A DNA stretch of 64,000 nt, from positions 12,790 through 76,789 of the forward strand of contig PDIP01000093.1 of assembly GCA_002811645.1 (NCBI GenBank). The letters run 5' to 3'. Below the pieces are notes generated by a model, which saw only the letters and a program-made list of their open reading frames with translations, was not told the DNA's origin and made no database searches. The position numbers were made by a program, and so were the translations under genes. This DNA is from Corallochytrium limacisporum Hawaii (taxonomy: Eukaryota; Protista; Pluriformea). Every line of letters begins with the position of its first letter. Position 1 is the first letter of the stretch. Shown one piece after another: positions 9,301 to 19,676 of this stretch.

Positions 9301-12300
9301 GGAGACTAGGGCGATACGGTTGAAATATTCGTGCACGGGTGGATTCGCTTGAGCCAACGAGACAAATCCACGAGCAATTGTACTTGGGTCACCCCTGAAC
9401 ACTTCGAGTCCATAAAGAGGGTCTGCACATGCCATCAACATTCGACTTGATGACCGTAAATGTTCGTCGTTCAGAGCATTTGCAATGCTATCGATTGTAG
9501 GCAGTAGATCTCGCACACTCGGGTCAAATACAGACGCATTAACCGACTCCAGAAATATTTCGAGCCACATCAGTGCCTCGTAGGGTCGCCCATGCCTTAC
9601 TGACCACTCGGCCAGGACCCTGTAGTCTGTACAACCATGGAAGGAGGCAATCAATTTTTGCCGTTGTTCAGCGGACAAATCACCGGTGCACAATTCATGC
9701 AGATGTTCGTCATATGCGATCTTGAAACCATCGAGTATCGCTGCAACGAAGAGGGTTTCGGCAGTGCTTCGGCTGGGCCCACAAACACGCACTTGCGTTT
9801 GTATGGCACTGATCAGGGTCCGGGCACCACCATCACATTGGCGAATATAGATTGCCAGAGCATGAGGAAGCATTGCTTGCGCAACGGCGGTGTTGGACAC
9901 GTTCATTAGGCGAGTTAAATGGTCGCTACGGCTAAACGCCGCCATCCTCTGAAATAACTCCCTCAATCTCTGTCTGGAAGTTCCTTCCGCATCGCTGCCA
10001 AAGTCAAATATACTGTTATCCAAGATTACAGTAGCAGAATTAGGCAAACTGAGAGGCATGGAAGTGATCATTTGGTGGGTCAAGCCGGGATTTAAACTGG
10101 TGCATAAGATTACCAATCGGTCTTCATAATCCTTCCGCGGATTGAATGAGTCAATATCGCGAGCCCGATAGACGTTGTCGATCAAGTTCACATGCTTCGT
10201 GAACACTTCCAGGAAGATGTGACTGGCCGGGGAATCGGGACACAGACTCTTTATCACTGCATGGCCGGTCTGCACAGCGTACAACGGAATCGTGCAAGCC
10301 TTTCGTCCGATCATTAGGGCTTCAGCCGCTGCTAGGATAGGTTGAGCTGATATGCCAAAGGAACCACTGCACTCAAGAACAACATCGGCAGGTAGGTCGA
10401 GGAGCACGGTGGGTTCACTTAAGGTCTTGATGAATTTCGGTACGAAATCCGTGCGGATTACACCCACCTGGGCCACCCGAGACGCCAGCATCGGGTGTAT
10501 CGATGGATCGACAAGCATTTTGACGGTCCTAAAGACGTTCCACAGGTGATCAAAATACTCCTTCTTACCTGCAGTCTGGTCCAGGAGTCTGATAATCCTT
10601 TCCACTCCCGGCGAAATTTCTCGAGCAAAACTGTCCGCATAGGATTTGGAGCACAGTATGCACAAGGTGTCAATGCACTTGGGGACGATGTTCTCAATGA
10701 ATCTGCCGTCCTTATCATGCATGACTGCCCATTTAACGGCGGCGAGAACTATATCGAGGACTGAATGTGCAAGGCATCGGTGCTCCACGTATGGCAAAGT
10801 CTGATTTACAATCGCAAAAACGGTATCTTTCAGCAGGTGTCGGCCGCCCTTGGTAAGGAGCCATCTACAGAATTCCGAGTACCGGGGAAAGACATCCTTT
10901 TCCACTAGTCTTGGGAGTAACATGCGCAGGCTGCTGATATAACCATTGGTCTGAGACAGCGCTATCACCAACGTGTTCTGGTCTTTGGTCATCCATGCCA
11001 ACAGCTCGTCTTTGATCTCTGCTCGGTCCCGAAATAACTCGAAGTACGCAATCGCACTAGTTGTACAACCCTTGTGTGATTCTGTAAGTGTTCCAGCTAC
11101 GCCGTAAAAAAGCAGATAGGCAGTGTTTTTCTGCCAAAGTTTCTGCAAGACTCTAGGGGTCATGCTGCTACGTCCCTCTGCGGAAACCAAATTGCGTCTT
11201 TGTGTTTCTACTATGGATGTCCGGTTGTCGTCGCTTCCTTTGAGAGTGGCGCCATACAAGGCTTGACGATCTCGGTTCAGTGCCTCAAGGCCTCTAAATT
11301 CAGGATCGAGATAGTTTGCAAGGGTTTCGAGAACGCTTTGGCGATCATCAAAGCTGAATCTACCCACAGCCAAGACACAGTCTAGAATTAGGTGAAGAAT
11401 TTGTTTGCGTACTTCACAGTCGGTCTCTTTGTGTCGCAGGAACTTAACCAACGGCGTTTGCTGCCATCGCACGAGGCTGAGGTTCAGCAAGCGAGTGTCG
11501 TTTTCTTTCAGATCATATGCAAAATTCGAAACCATTACCTTAATCGCTTCCACCAGGTCCATCACAGTCTCCATTTGCTCAAAGTCCAGAACACTTGTTC
11601 CGGAAATCCAATCGCTCATGCAGGTAGGTCGCCTTGCGAAACAGGTGGCCAGCTGACGTGGATTGTCCGGAAGACCTGCATAGGGCAAGAGATCATTCGT
11701 CAGACCTACCAACTTAACCGATAGCCACATGGACTCGCGCACGTCCTGGGGAATGGCCGCGATGGGAAGTTCACGTTGGTGTCGCAGTAAACAGGCGAAG
11801 GCACTGGCCAGACCATCGCGACAAACGTAGCTGTCACAGAGTTCATTGAGTATGTGCAACAGATGGCCTTCGATGTCGAGTCCAGCCGTGTTTCCATTCG
11901 CCAGCGTGATAATGTAAGAAATTGTCTGACAAAAGTCCATGAAGAAGTCCACCGGATAAACCGTTGTGCTGGCCAGGTCCTTCAGAAGAGAGTTGATCTG
12001 AGTGCTCATATTGCTCTTGGTGTTCTCCGCATTTACGCTACCAATGGACACCATCACACTAAACAGACCTCGAACGAGCTCGAGATGTAGTCCAGGATGG
12101 TCACGAAGATGACGATTCCCAAGTGTCCGCATCACGTATGGTCCAAAGTCGAGGCCCTCAAGAGTGGCCTTCATATCAATCCAGCAACATTCGACACTCC
12201 TGCGCAATGAAAAATACGTTCGCCAAAAGTGCACGGGAGGGCGTTCCTTGCTCACGGACTCATATTCATCAAGTGCTCGGCGGAGTGTCAACGAAAATGT

Positions 12301-14697
12301 TTCAAACAATTGTCGATCGATCAGTTCAGTGACCGTTGGAGTGCAGCACAGATGCTTCGTTTGTGTCAAGAGACCTTCGGCCGCCGATGATTCAGATTGC
12401 GCTCCAGAGCACTGAATGCGCCACTCAAAGTTCGGTTTCAGGGCTTGAGACACTTGAGCAAGAAGACATTCCAACAGGCCAAGAATCTCAGTAGTATTCT
12501 TACCGGAAAGGCCTTTCAAGGCTGGAATCAGAAGCTTCCGGAAGCTGTCGTAAAAGTCCTTAGCTTCAGGGACACTGACAGGGCAGCACTTGAGGAGAAT
12601 CGCCATGCGCAAAAACGATCGAACTTTGTCAAGATTTGCTAGGTCTCTAACCTGGTGATGCATTTGCATCAGAGCGCGTTTGACCAAGAGCCAGAATTTC
12701 CGTTGGCGATCGCGGTTGGACATAATGGTTGAGCGGAAAGTGAAGTCCCTTTCCCCAACCCACACCCCACTTTGACTAAAGTTAGACATCATTCTCAACA
12801 TGCTCTGATAAATGTGCATGGAGTGGGAGTCGGCCTTGCCGGACAGACCGGGAACATCAAAGGCGATCGGATCCAGAAGTTCAGCATCAGTTGATGACTG
12901 GAATAGCAGCGGAACCATGTACGCCACGTTCGGCAAATCAGATGCCGGTTTTGAATAGACCAGACTGCGTATTACATTTCCAACGACAGTCTCCCAATCA
13001 CCCCATCGACATGGCTGAGATCTGTGTGCATGCAACCACAATGTAGCAAGCTCATTGTATCGGTCAGAATTCATGGGTGAAGCTAGGGCGGCAAACAATT
13101 TGGTCGAAGCAAGAGTGACTTGTCGATCATATAGGTACGTCACATTGATGTGCAGTACAAGCAGCTCATCATAGTTGTCAAGAGCGACCAGCTCATCGAC
13201 GCATTCATCAGCATAGTTCCGCCACTTCATGTGAGGCCCCGTGTGCACACCGGCATGGAATTGCCATCGAAAGAGCTGATTTGCACATGAAAGCACGGCT
13301 GAGTGCACTCTTGTATTGCTTGATTGCACTGCCAATCTCTTCAGCTTGACCGTCACCAGATTGTACAATTTCTTACAGGGCACGACTGCTCCAATGAAAC
13401 ACCCAACGCGAAGGATGTGATAAATGACACAGCAGTAATTGATCAAGAGGGCATTGCAAATTCTTCGTGCGCGACACACTGGGCTGTCACAGCCTGCGTT
13501 GACCGATGACAAGAGTCGATCAATCTCAGTAGCAAGATCTGTTCTCAAGGCAAGCAACATAACAGCATATGTACAAGCTGCATCGCTATCATCTGCCACT
13601 GATGTCAGTGGTTCTGGATCTGAAACGAATGCAGCCATGTACGCATTGTGATCCCCTCCTGAAGATTTTGTCTTCAGACGATGGGGCTGGCGTAGGGCCA
13701 ACAGTACCTGCTGTTGATACCATACAGTGCTGTTGTGCTCTTCGCCGAAGCATCTGAAGCTTGCAAAGTACCGCAAAAGATCACAAAGACCAGGGACATC
13801 GATCACAGACGTTACCGAACCCGATTCTATTTGTCTTTTGATCTTCTCTCCCAATCCCTCCGATCCATACCAAAGTTCAACTAAACTGACATACTGATCT
13901 AGGCCTCCCAGATAAGCAAAGTCTCGCAAAGCTTCCAAGAGGGCAGAGTTCTTCAAAGTGAAAGTTGGCACAGCGGCCTTCGCGGCAACCAGAAATGGTT
14001 CAGCTGTCCTTGGTCTGCCTTGCAGCTTGTTCCTCAACCCGTTAAACTTCGACATCATGTGTCGAATCGTCATCCATAACGGTCGACAATCATTGCGCTT
14101 GCAAGTTTTTCGGATAATCAGGAGAAGAGTTAACCACAATTTCTTCCAATAACCCGAATGGTCAAGCATTTGGCAATACGCAGGAACCCGGAAGAAAACG
14201 TCGTTGAGTACACAGACGAGTGTCGATACATGTTCTTCGTGCTCCCCAACCTCATCTGCCAGGAAATTAACAATAACATATATGTCCTTTGCCAGTACCG
14301 GGTCCGCGTCACATATGTCAACATTAATTGAATGGCATATATTGAGGATCCGTACGTACAGATCGAAAAGGACTTTCTTCGTCCTCAAGGTAGCACAAAC
14401 GGACGTGTACTCTTCTGTTATGTAACGTAAAACTTCACACCACTCTGTACGTTCCTCTTCCTCGTCCAGCGTCTCTGATAATTCATCGGCATACTGTTCA
14501 CACAGTGCTATGCACTGATCTGCAATGACATCGACTTCTCTGCCAGTTTTTCTCTGCACGATCTGGCTGACCACATTGCGAAACCTTTTAAGAGCAAATG
14601 ATGCGGGCGTAGCAGCCTTTTTAGCAATGGAGAGCCCTGAATCATCTAATGGTCTCTTTAAGCTCTGAGCTGGAGCCATTCTGCGGGATTTCTGCAT
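6388..14697 (-). CDS. ATM: ATM/Tel1 PIKK serine/threonine kinase (single 2769-aa ORF; true start may be Met7 at 14679)
   Basis: Kinase motifs 'GGVNLPK', 'QLVKTEDLRQDMVMEQVF', 'GLGDRHVGNLL', 'HIDLGVAFDQG', 'VPERVPFRLTRD'. FATC 'ATDEKNLSHHFHGWKAFV'. HIDLG and the FATC form are ATM-type. The Met7 ATG has the better Kozak context (AGAATGG). Confidence 0.93.
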   Translation of the reverse strand: MQKSRRMAPAQSLKRPLDDSGLSIAKKAATPASFALKRFRNVVSQIVQRKTGREVDVIADQCIALCEQYADELSETLDEEEERTEWCEVLRYITEEYTSVCATLRTKKVLFDLYVRILNICHSINVDICDADPVLAKDIYVIVNFLADEVGEHEEHVSTLVCVLNDVFFRVPAYCQMLDHSGYWKKLWLTLLLIIRKTCKRNDCRPLWMTIRHMMSKFNGLRNKLQGRPRTAEPFLVAAKAAVPTFTLKNSALLEALRDFAYLGGLDQYVSLVELWYGSEGLGEKIKRQIESGSVTSVIDVPGLCDLLRYFASFRCFGEEHNSTVWYQQQVLLALRQPHRLKTKSSGGDHNAYMAAFVSDPEPLTSVADDSDAACTYAVMLLALRTDLATEIDRLLSSVNAGCDSPVCRARRICNALLINYCCVIYHILRVGCFIGAVVPCKKLYNLVTVKLKRLAVQSSNTRVHSAVLSCANQLFRWQFHAGVHTGPHMKWRNYADECVDELVALDNYDELLVLHINVTYLYDRQVTLASTKLFAALASPMNSDRYNELATLWLHAHRSQPCRWGDWETVVGNVIRSLVYSKPASDLPNVAYMVPLLFQSSTDAELLDPIAFDVPGLSGKADSHSMHIYQSMLRMMSNFSQSGVWVGERDFTFRSTIMSNRDRQRKFWLLVKRALMQMHHQVRDLANLDKVRSFLRMAILLKCCPVSVPEAKDFYDSFRKLLIPALKGLSGKNTTEILGLLECLLAQVSQALKPNFEWRIQCSGAQSESSAAEGLLTQTKHLCCTPTVTELIDRQLFETFSLTLRRALDEYESVSKERPPVHFWRTYFSLRRSVECCWIDMKATLEGLDFGPYVMRTLGNRHLRDHPGLHLELVRGLFSVMVSIGSVNAENTKSNMSTQINSLLKDLASTTVYPVDFFMDFCQTISYIITLANGNTAGLDIEGHLLHILNELCDSYVCRDGLASAFACLLRHQRELPIAAIPQDVRESMWLSVKLVGLTNDLLPYAGLPDNPRQLATCFARRPTCMSDWISGTSVLDFEQMETVMDLVEAIKVMVSNFAYDLKENDTRLLNLSLVRWQQTPLVKFLRHKETDCEVRKQILHLILDCVLAVGRFSFDDRQSVLETLANYLDPEFRGLEALNRDRQALYGATLKGSDDNRTSIVETQRRNLVSAEGRSSMTPRVLQKLWQKNTAYLLFYGVAGTLTESHKGCTTSAIAYFELFRDRAEIKDELLAWMTKDQNTLVIALSQTNGYISSLRMLLPRLVEKDVFPRYSEFCRWLLTKGGRHLLKDTVFAIVNQTLPYVEHRCLAHSVLDIVLAAVKWAVMHDKDGRFIENIVPKCIDTLCILCSKSYADSFAREISPGVERIIRLLDQTAGKKEYFDHLWNVFRTVKMLVDPSIHPMLASRVAQVGVIRTDFVPKFIKTLSEPTVLLDLPADVVLECSGSFGISAQPILAAAEALMIGRKACTIPLYAVQTGHAVIKSLCPDSPASHIFLEVFTKHVNLIDNVYRARDIDSFNPRKDYEDRLVILCTSLNPGLTHQMITSMPLSLPNSATVILDNSIFDFGSDAEGTSRQRLRELFQRMAAFSRSDHLTRLMNVSNTAVAQAMLPHALAIYIRQCDGGARTLISAIQTQVRVCGPSRSTAETLFVAAILDGFKIAYDEHLHELCTGDLSAEQRQKLIASFHGCTDYRVLAEWSVRHGRPYEALMWLEIFLESVNASVFDPSVRDLLPTIDSIANALNDEHLRSSSRMLMACADPLYGLEVFRGDPSTIARGFVSLAQANPPVHEYFNRIALVSRQWTMAIGQVGRQEGPELSMHRADCAWRLSDWGIQHGSGAMVHEDGDIDRMLAPISFGKDVSARMASILTCLFNTTPGKYNRQSVESIANSFLSCSLDTSTGSVNPLHEEFMLKRLGEDVQRVVSKLTTHLVQGASSEKLAVDIERTMLSWMEEDTKHNSLALEFDRWEIQHTFRLRLLDAAIHLGRLQDSLELQRLRAMHLFHGGQRALANNQLTVAADIAAQVQRSDCKSPISSLVHNFLQARLMWELNDRARAVKLLQYTVDHLNESHGQMYDEVLATAYLTCGRWHAHEFINQDELVIGCYDKTNSLSADYAVKSDARFALASFADERFRQLRDYFNGVEYNDREKRSVNRKTEIRKLESLTKRTRDQLRRLKTLKMEDMVHTQSRSAVLQQFKKHLLCSISNYAKGLQYSEGHGLQVFRLVALVNDDSIKDLGFKQSVIAKIEQEAVTQMHSVPIFLYIRVFYQLLAIYINQVGTRPTPQSSGLRELLQRCARRYPYHCIPTLLAMVNTTDSIESKRKAEAGSILNTLNGRGQQVLNRYKGLFDAYLRLTSIGGRSQNAGTHSIPESTGILDINADMSYPIITRNIPLPPDGVIRDGTDVISIHAVSKTYFIPGGVNLPKKVTVVGTDGKRYAQLVKTEDLRQDMVMEQVFELFNSLFNHSRVSHADEQRLRMRTFKIVPISQVAGVLEWCEGTRTLSDYLLGGRRGGRLGAHERYRPQDIKPNEARDRIMKTQNETEEKRLSVYRWVCANFKPVFRYYFRETAQNAQAWHRRRLSYTRSMATASIIGYVVGLGDRHVGNLLVDDSTAEVVHIDLGVAFDQGRFLAVPERVPFRLTRDLVDGMGPTSYEGQFRTVCENVMRMVRMHNFELETIIEVFLYDPLNKWQAGVENRRRRQRGDAALNEMDTSEEPCDDAFSILDTLRQKMNGIADGIHSTVEAQVQRLILQATDEKNLSHHFHGWKAFV

Positions 14698-14718
14698 TCA
14701 TCCAATTCCATCCATCAT
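14698..14718 (-). promoter_or_regulatory. Upstream ORF (MMDGIG*) whose TGA directly abuts the first ATM ATG, in frame
   Basis: Minus strand reads ATG ATG GAT GGA ATT GGA TGA|ATG CAG. Confidence 0.5.
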
Positions 14719-15480
14719 GAGCTATGTCTGATCACTACTTCGCCACCCATTAGAACATTTCGCGCTAGGCACATGGCCCCAATACAAGTCCATATACCAA
14801 GATGATCATTCTAACTTTTGTTTGCATCAATTCTCAAGATGTCAAGTACCCAGAGGAACGTAGAATAGTGTTCAGATCCAGCCCAACATGAACACCTCAT
14901 ATCCACCGCCATGAACCCCGCCCCTTCGGTCTCAAAGGCTATCGATCTGGCAAGGCCTCGGATTGCAGGGGTCTCACTTCCCCACCGCTGCTCTCTCCAC
15001 TGTTTGCGATTTTCGCGCGCGAATTCGGGGGCCTATTTCGTTCCCGCTACTTTTGCATCCCTGTTGATCCCTTATTGCGCCCGGTAGGTTCTACATACTC
15101 TTTCAGAACTCAGAAAATTAGGGGAGTCCTGTTGAAGCCCACACACAGCTGGTGATGGTCTACAGCAGGTAGTCGTACTGGATGTACCGCAAGAAACCTG
15201 AAAATGCGCAAACTATGGAACGGTTTGCGGTAGCATGATGGATGTGGAGCTGTTGACTTCCAATACCCTGCAGAGGCAAGGAACGGCGGAGTCAATGAAT
15301 GGTACTCAAAGTTCATGGCCCTGCCACGGCATTGAAATCAAAAACTTATCGGTGTCACAGAGGCAGTGCATGGGAAACGATGAAGTAAGATTGAAGCCGA
15401 GACTACCACGCTGTCCAAGCCAGTTTCTGTTCTGGACCATGTGACATAGTTTAACACTACAAAGTGCTGGAATCAAGGTC

Positions 15481-16317
15481 ATGGGATCGCAGCCACATCA
15501 TTCCTACTTGTCAGGGATGGCCGCTGGCCTTTCTCAGGTAGTAGTTGGCTACCCACTGGACACTGTGAAGGTGCGAATGCAAATGGGAGACGGTAGCGTC
15601 AAGATGACAACAGCCTTGAAGTCGATCTTAGTAAAGGAAGGACCACTGGGCTTCTATAAGGGTATGCTGTCACCCATGGTGGGTTCTTTGGTCTTCAATT
15701 CAATTCTTTTTGGTACGTTTGATCAACTCTGCAAGATACTGGCCAACCAGGAGACTGGCCATGTCGGTGGGAGTGGATTTGTGATTGCTGCGTTAGGCAC
15801 TGGAGTGGTCGAGAGCGTTGTCTACTGTCCCACTGAATTGTTGAAGGTGCGTTTGCAGACTGCAGCAGCTGCTAACATGCAGACTAACCTCATCAGCGTT
15901 GTCAGGGACGTTTATCAGCAGGGTGGACTGCGTGGGTTCTATAGAGGTTTTCTGGGCACAATACTCAGGGAATCCCCGGGAAATGTTGTATATTTTGGCA
16001 GCTACGAGTTCTGCAAAGAGATTTTAGATGAGCACGGAGTGAACTACAGCACACCGCTTATTGCAGGTGGTATGGCTGGCACAGTATACTGGACAACTCA
16101 ATTTCCCTTTGACACCATCAAGACACATATGCAAGGCAACTTAGATACGAAGGATTTGAGCACGACAGAAGTTTCCAAGCGGATCTATTCACAATACGGC
16201 TTCCGTGGATTCTTCAAAGGACTTACGCCTTGCTTAATCCGTGCGTTTCCTGCGAACGCCGTTGCCTTCGGAGCCTTTGAGTTGAGCAAGGAAGCACTCA
16301 TTCACTTCGGAGTCTGA
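15481..16317 (+). CDS. Mitochondrial carrier (SLC25), carnitine/acylcarnitine-basic amino acid carrier type
   Basis: Three carrier repeats with Px[D/E]xxK signatures (PLDTVKVR, PTELLKVR, PFDTIKTH). 'RESPG..VYF' and 'IRAFPANAVAF' are typical of the SLC25A20/29/45 group. Confidence 0.92.
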   Translation: MGSQPHHSYLSGMAAGLSQVVVGYPLDTVKVRMQMGDGSVKMTTALKSILVKEGPLGFYKGMLSPMVGSLVFNSILFGTFDQLCKILANQETGHVGGSGFVIAALGTGVVESVVYCPTELLKVRLQTAAAANMQTNLISVVRDVYQQGGLRGFYRGFLGTILRESPGNVVYFGSYEFCKEILDEHGVNYSTPLIAGGMAGTVYWTTQFPFDTIKTHMQGNLDTKDLSTTEVSKRIYSQYGFRGFFKGLTPCLIRAFPANAVAFGAFELSKEALIHFGV

Positions 16318-18458
16318 TCGCAAGGGGCGCTCATTTGACATTGCATCCCATATTCCATTTTCTCATCGTCATGAAACATTCCAGTTATTGCACACACTAT
16401 TAAAGAAGCATTCAGTATAGCCACTTGAAAGGGTCTTCCGTTCAACATGGCCTTGAACGTGAGTGAACTTGCTAATCTCAAATCAACACGAACACCAATG
16501 CGTAGGCCCCAACTCCCCGCAAATGGGGGCCTATTTAATTATGTATAGAGCCCCGTTCTCACAGCCCGCTTTCAAAAAAGACCCGTACATTCTCACCAAG
16601 AGAGGGAAACGGGATATGCTTGGGACAGGATCAGCGAGCGGAGCACACTGCGGAAGTCACAGCAAGTTTCGCCAATATGTCTCCCTCTGCATCCATGAAC
16701 GCGCACAATTCACACCAGCAGTACCGCAGGCTTACCTGCAAAGAGCACGATACCAAATCTTCAACGAATAATACTAAACTCATACGGCCGAGGATGGGAT
16801 GCATCAATTGTTTCCAGGAAGCCTTCGGAGACAGTGAGTCTGCAATTGGTCCATAGGAGACAAACAAGGAAAACGGAGAAGAGATCGTCGCGCTACTAAA
16901 GGCCTCGGAGGTAGGCAGCAGATGTGCGTCGTCGTTGCTGCGGAATGTCTTTACGGAGCGCACGGTATTGCTTCTGGTAGCATTTCCCCAACAGCCCGTG
17001 GTAGAAAGATGTGTGGGTGTGTATGTGCTTGTGTGAGCATTTGGTGCCTGTCGTGCACACAACACCGCTAACAAAGGGCACAAATCACCACCAACCGAAG
17101 TCACCTTGGACTCAGTGGAGTTCGAGAAGACTTCACAAGGGCAATGTACTACCTAAGCTTCCGAATGTTGGTGAAGTCGGGACCACTGCACGCGTGGATC
17201 GCAACGGGAGTGGCAATGGGAACATGTACCCCAACGAAAAATTGCTGGCCGGCCCATAGTCCTTGCCACTGGTGGGAGATACAGACACTGCATTCCCAAG
17301 GCATTTCACTTCTAAGACTTGCTTCCCTTCCATGCGGCTAGTTCGATGGCCGAGTCAGCCCGAGCACTGATTTCTCTCCACGCAAAGTGTCAGTTCTTTA
17401 TTTGCCGCACTGCGCCGGTCAGGGACTCCTTTATCTTCTGCCGCACCGCTCCTTCCCGGGGACTTGACCCAAAGCAGATGAATGGGCCGAGGCATGTCGA
17501 GGCGGGCTGAGGCGAATGAGAGCGTGTGGAGACGGCCCCCCCTGCGCGTGATTCTAGTTTTACTTTCCCTTCTCCAAGTATTCTCCTGTTGGTGGTGCGT
17601 TTTTCGTCAGTCGCTACATCCGAACTCTCCGCCTGATGCTGCGGTAGTGGGGATATAAGGAGGACGAGGGACTACAGAGATTGTGATAGAGCCAGTGGGA
17701 GGGACACAGATAGAGAGAGGCCGGGGACATCGCTTTGAAGGGGTGTTGAGCGGGGTAGGAGAGGGGGACATACCCACCATAGGCCCATGTGTGCGTCTCG
17801 GAAAAGGACTGGTGGAAAGAACATTTCGGCTTCGAGAATTTCGTCCCTTGCAGCCACGGCGCCGCCACAAACCCCTGCTTCGTTGGTAGAAACCGCTTTT
17901 GGCTAAATGTCGTCTGCACCATCTAAGACACCGTCGCACAGTTGGGCCGGAGGCAGGGAGAGAATGAAGACGCGGCAGAAAACTAAGGGGTGCGCCTGAG
18001 AGAAGGATTTTTGCCTTTGGCTCTCAAGCGGGAGGCGACGACGGCGGACGATGGAGGCGACGGCGCGCCCGTTTTTGTCGGCAGAGCACCAAAAAGCGAA
18101 GAACATTGGTGGGAAGTGTATGTTTGGTCTGTTATGAGTGGAAGAATCACATGGTCAATGAAAACGGTGTGGCATGTGAATGAATTACAGTCATTTTCAA
18201 TTTATAACTTGTGAGTTATTTCAAGCTTTCAGGAGAGGATATTTCGAAGAATTCAATAATGGATAGTAATGGTAATCGGGATCAACAATTACCAATTGGT
18301 ACTGCAATTTGATGAATTGCAGTTTACTAGATATAGAATCAACGCGAATGGCTGAGACTGCGTACTGCTTCATGGTGAAGGACCGGGAACCTGGATAGTC
18401 GTTTCCAACTCCTGTAAGTAATCAAAAAATATCAAGCCCCCAAGTTCCGTTCGCAATC

Positions 18459-18959
18459 ATGAGCGCCCTCCCAAACGCACCAACTCTGCTGGTGTATAAG
18501 ACTATGCAGTTCTTGATCATGGACGCTCCGTCCGATAGCAATATTCAGAGCTACATTCGTGAACTGCAGAAGAATAACGTCAAGGACGTTATCCGTGTCT
18601 GTGATCCGACCTACTCAGCTGATACTATGGAAAGACAGGGCATTAAGGTGCACGACTGGCCTTTCCCGGACGGTGATCCCCCGCCGCAGCACATTGTTAA
18701 TGACTGGCTTCATCTACTCTACATGCGGTTCCCCAAGGGTGAGAAGCCAAAGGCGTGCATTGCCGTGCACTGCGTTGCCGGGCTGGGTCGGGCTCCAGTG
18801 CTGGTAGCCATTGCACTGATCGAAGCGGGAATGAGCTCTGAAGATGCTATTGAAATGATTCGCAATAAGCGCCGTGGTGCCATAAACAACCGCCAGCTCA
18901 AGTATCTACAGAAGTATCGCCCACAGGCGAACTCCGCAGCGTGCTGTAACATAATGTGA
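18459..18959 (+). CDS. PTP4A: Prenylated protein tyrosine phosphatase PRL (PTP4A family)
   Basis: 'VIRVCDPTY', 'DWPFPDG', catalytic 'VHCVAGLGRAP', C-terminal CaaX 'CNIM'. Confidence 0.96.
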   Translation: MSALPNAPTLLVYKTMQFLIMDAPSDSNIQSYIRELQKNNVKDVIRVCDPTYSADTMERQGIKVHDWPFPDGDPPPQHIVNDWLHLLYMRFPKGEKPKACIAVHCVAGLGRAPVLVAIALIEAGMSSEDAIEMIRNKRRGAINNRQLKYLQKYRPQANSAACCNIM

Positions 18960-19676
18960 ATGACCGAATGAAACCCCCTGCTCTCTCCGCACATCCACAC
19001 ACATTTCCGAGCACAATTGACAAAGAGAACGGGGCAGGGGCAAACCACAAGGAAATCACTCATCGTCAACATCATCATCACAGGAAACCCCACAAACCGT
19101 CAAACTGTCTGTGTAAGCATGCGCACAGCATGCTGCAGGTGCCATAGCCCCATTATCATAAATTTGGTATTCAGATAAGGTCCCACTCTTGCAACATACC
19201 CACCTTTTTGTTTTTCTCGGAAGGACTTAGCTTCTGCTGTAAAAACCAAAGATCGATCAATCGATTGTAGCGAATAAACATGGTGCGGGCCAATGGCCGC
19301 CACTCCGCCACCGGTCGGTGATGAGCCATCCCCCCCTGCCACCCTTCTCCGCTGGCAAATTTCTCCAAGCTCGCAAGCCCCACCAACTCTGTTCCTGTCT
19401 CTATTACTAGCTCACCCCGCCGCAGCTGTATTAGCTTGTTTTCGTCCCTCGCGATTTTCCCTCACTTGAGTGGTTAGAATTTTTGCACAAGTGTGTGGGG
19501 TTTCAGCGGTCATATGGCTTGGGAAAAATGTGAGGCCGGAAGGGAAAACCCAGAATTGACGGAATCAATTCCGTGCTCAAAAAGGTATAAAGTACGAGCA
19601 TTAATGTGCACTAAGCACAGTGCGTTGTGGTCGTTACAGTCACTAGATTACCAACACCAGAGGCTGTAGTAAGACA

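Noticed and set aside
14698-14700. In-frame TGA before ATM read as selenocysteine or a recoded codon
   Set aside because: TGA is the normal terminator of eight genes here, no SECIS was recognised, and another in-frame stop lies just upstream (14722-14724).
15084-15106. Possible 23-nt micro-intron (GTAGGT...TTTCAG) upstream of the SLC25 gene, and a 31-nt one upstream of PRL (18414-18444)
   Set aside because: Too short to support without transcript data; such GT-AG pairs arise by chance.
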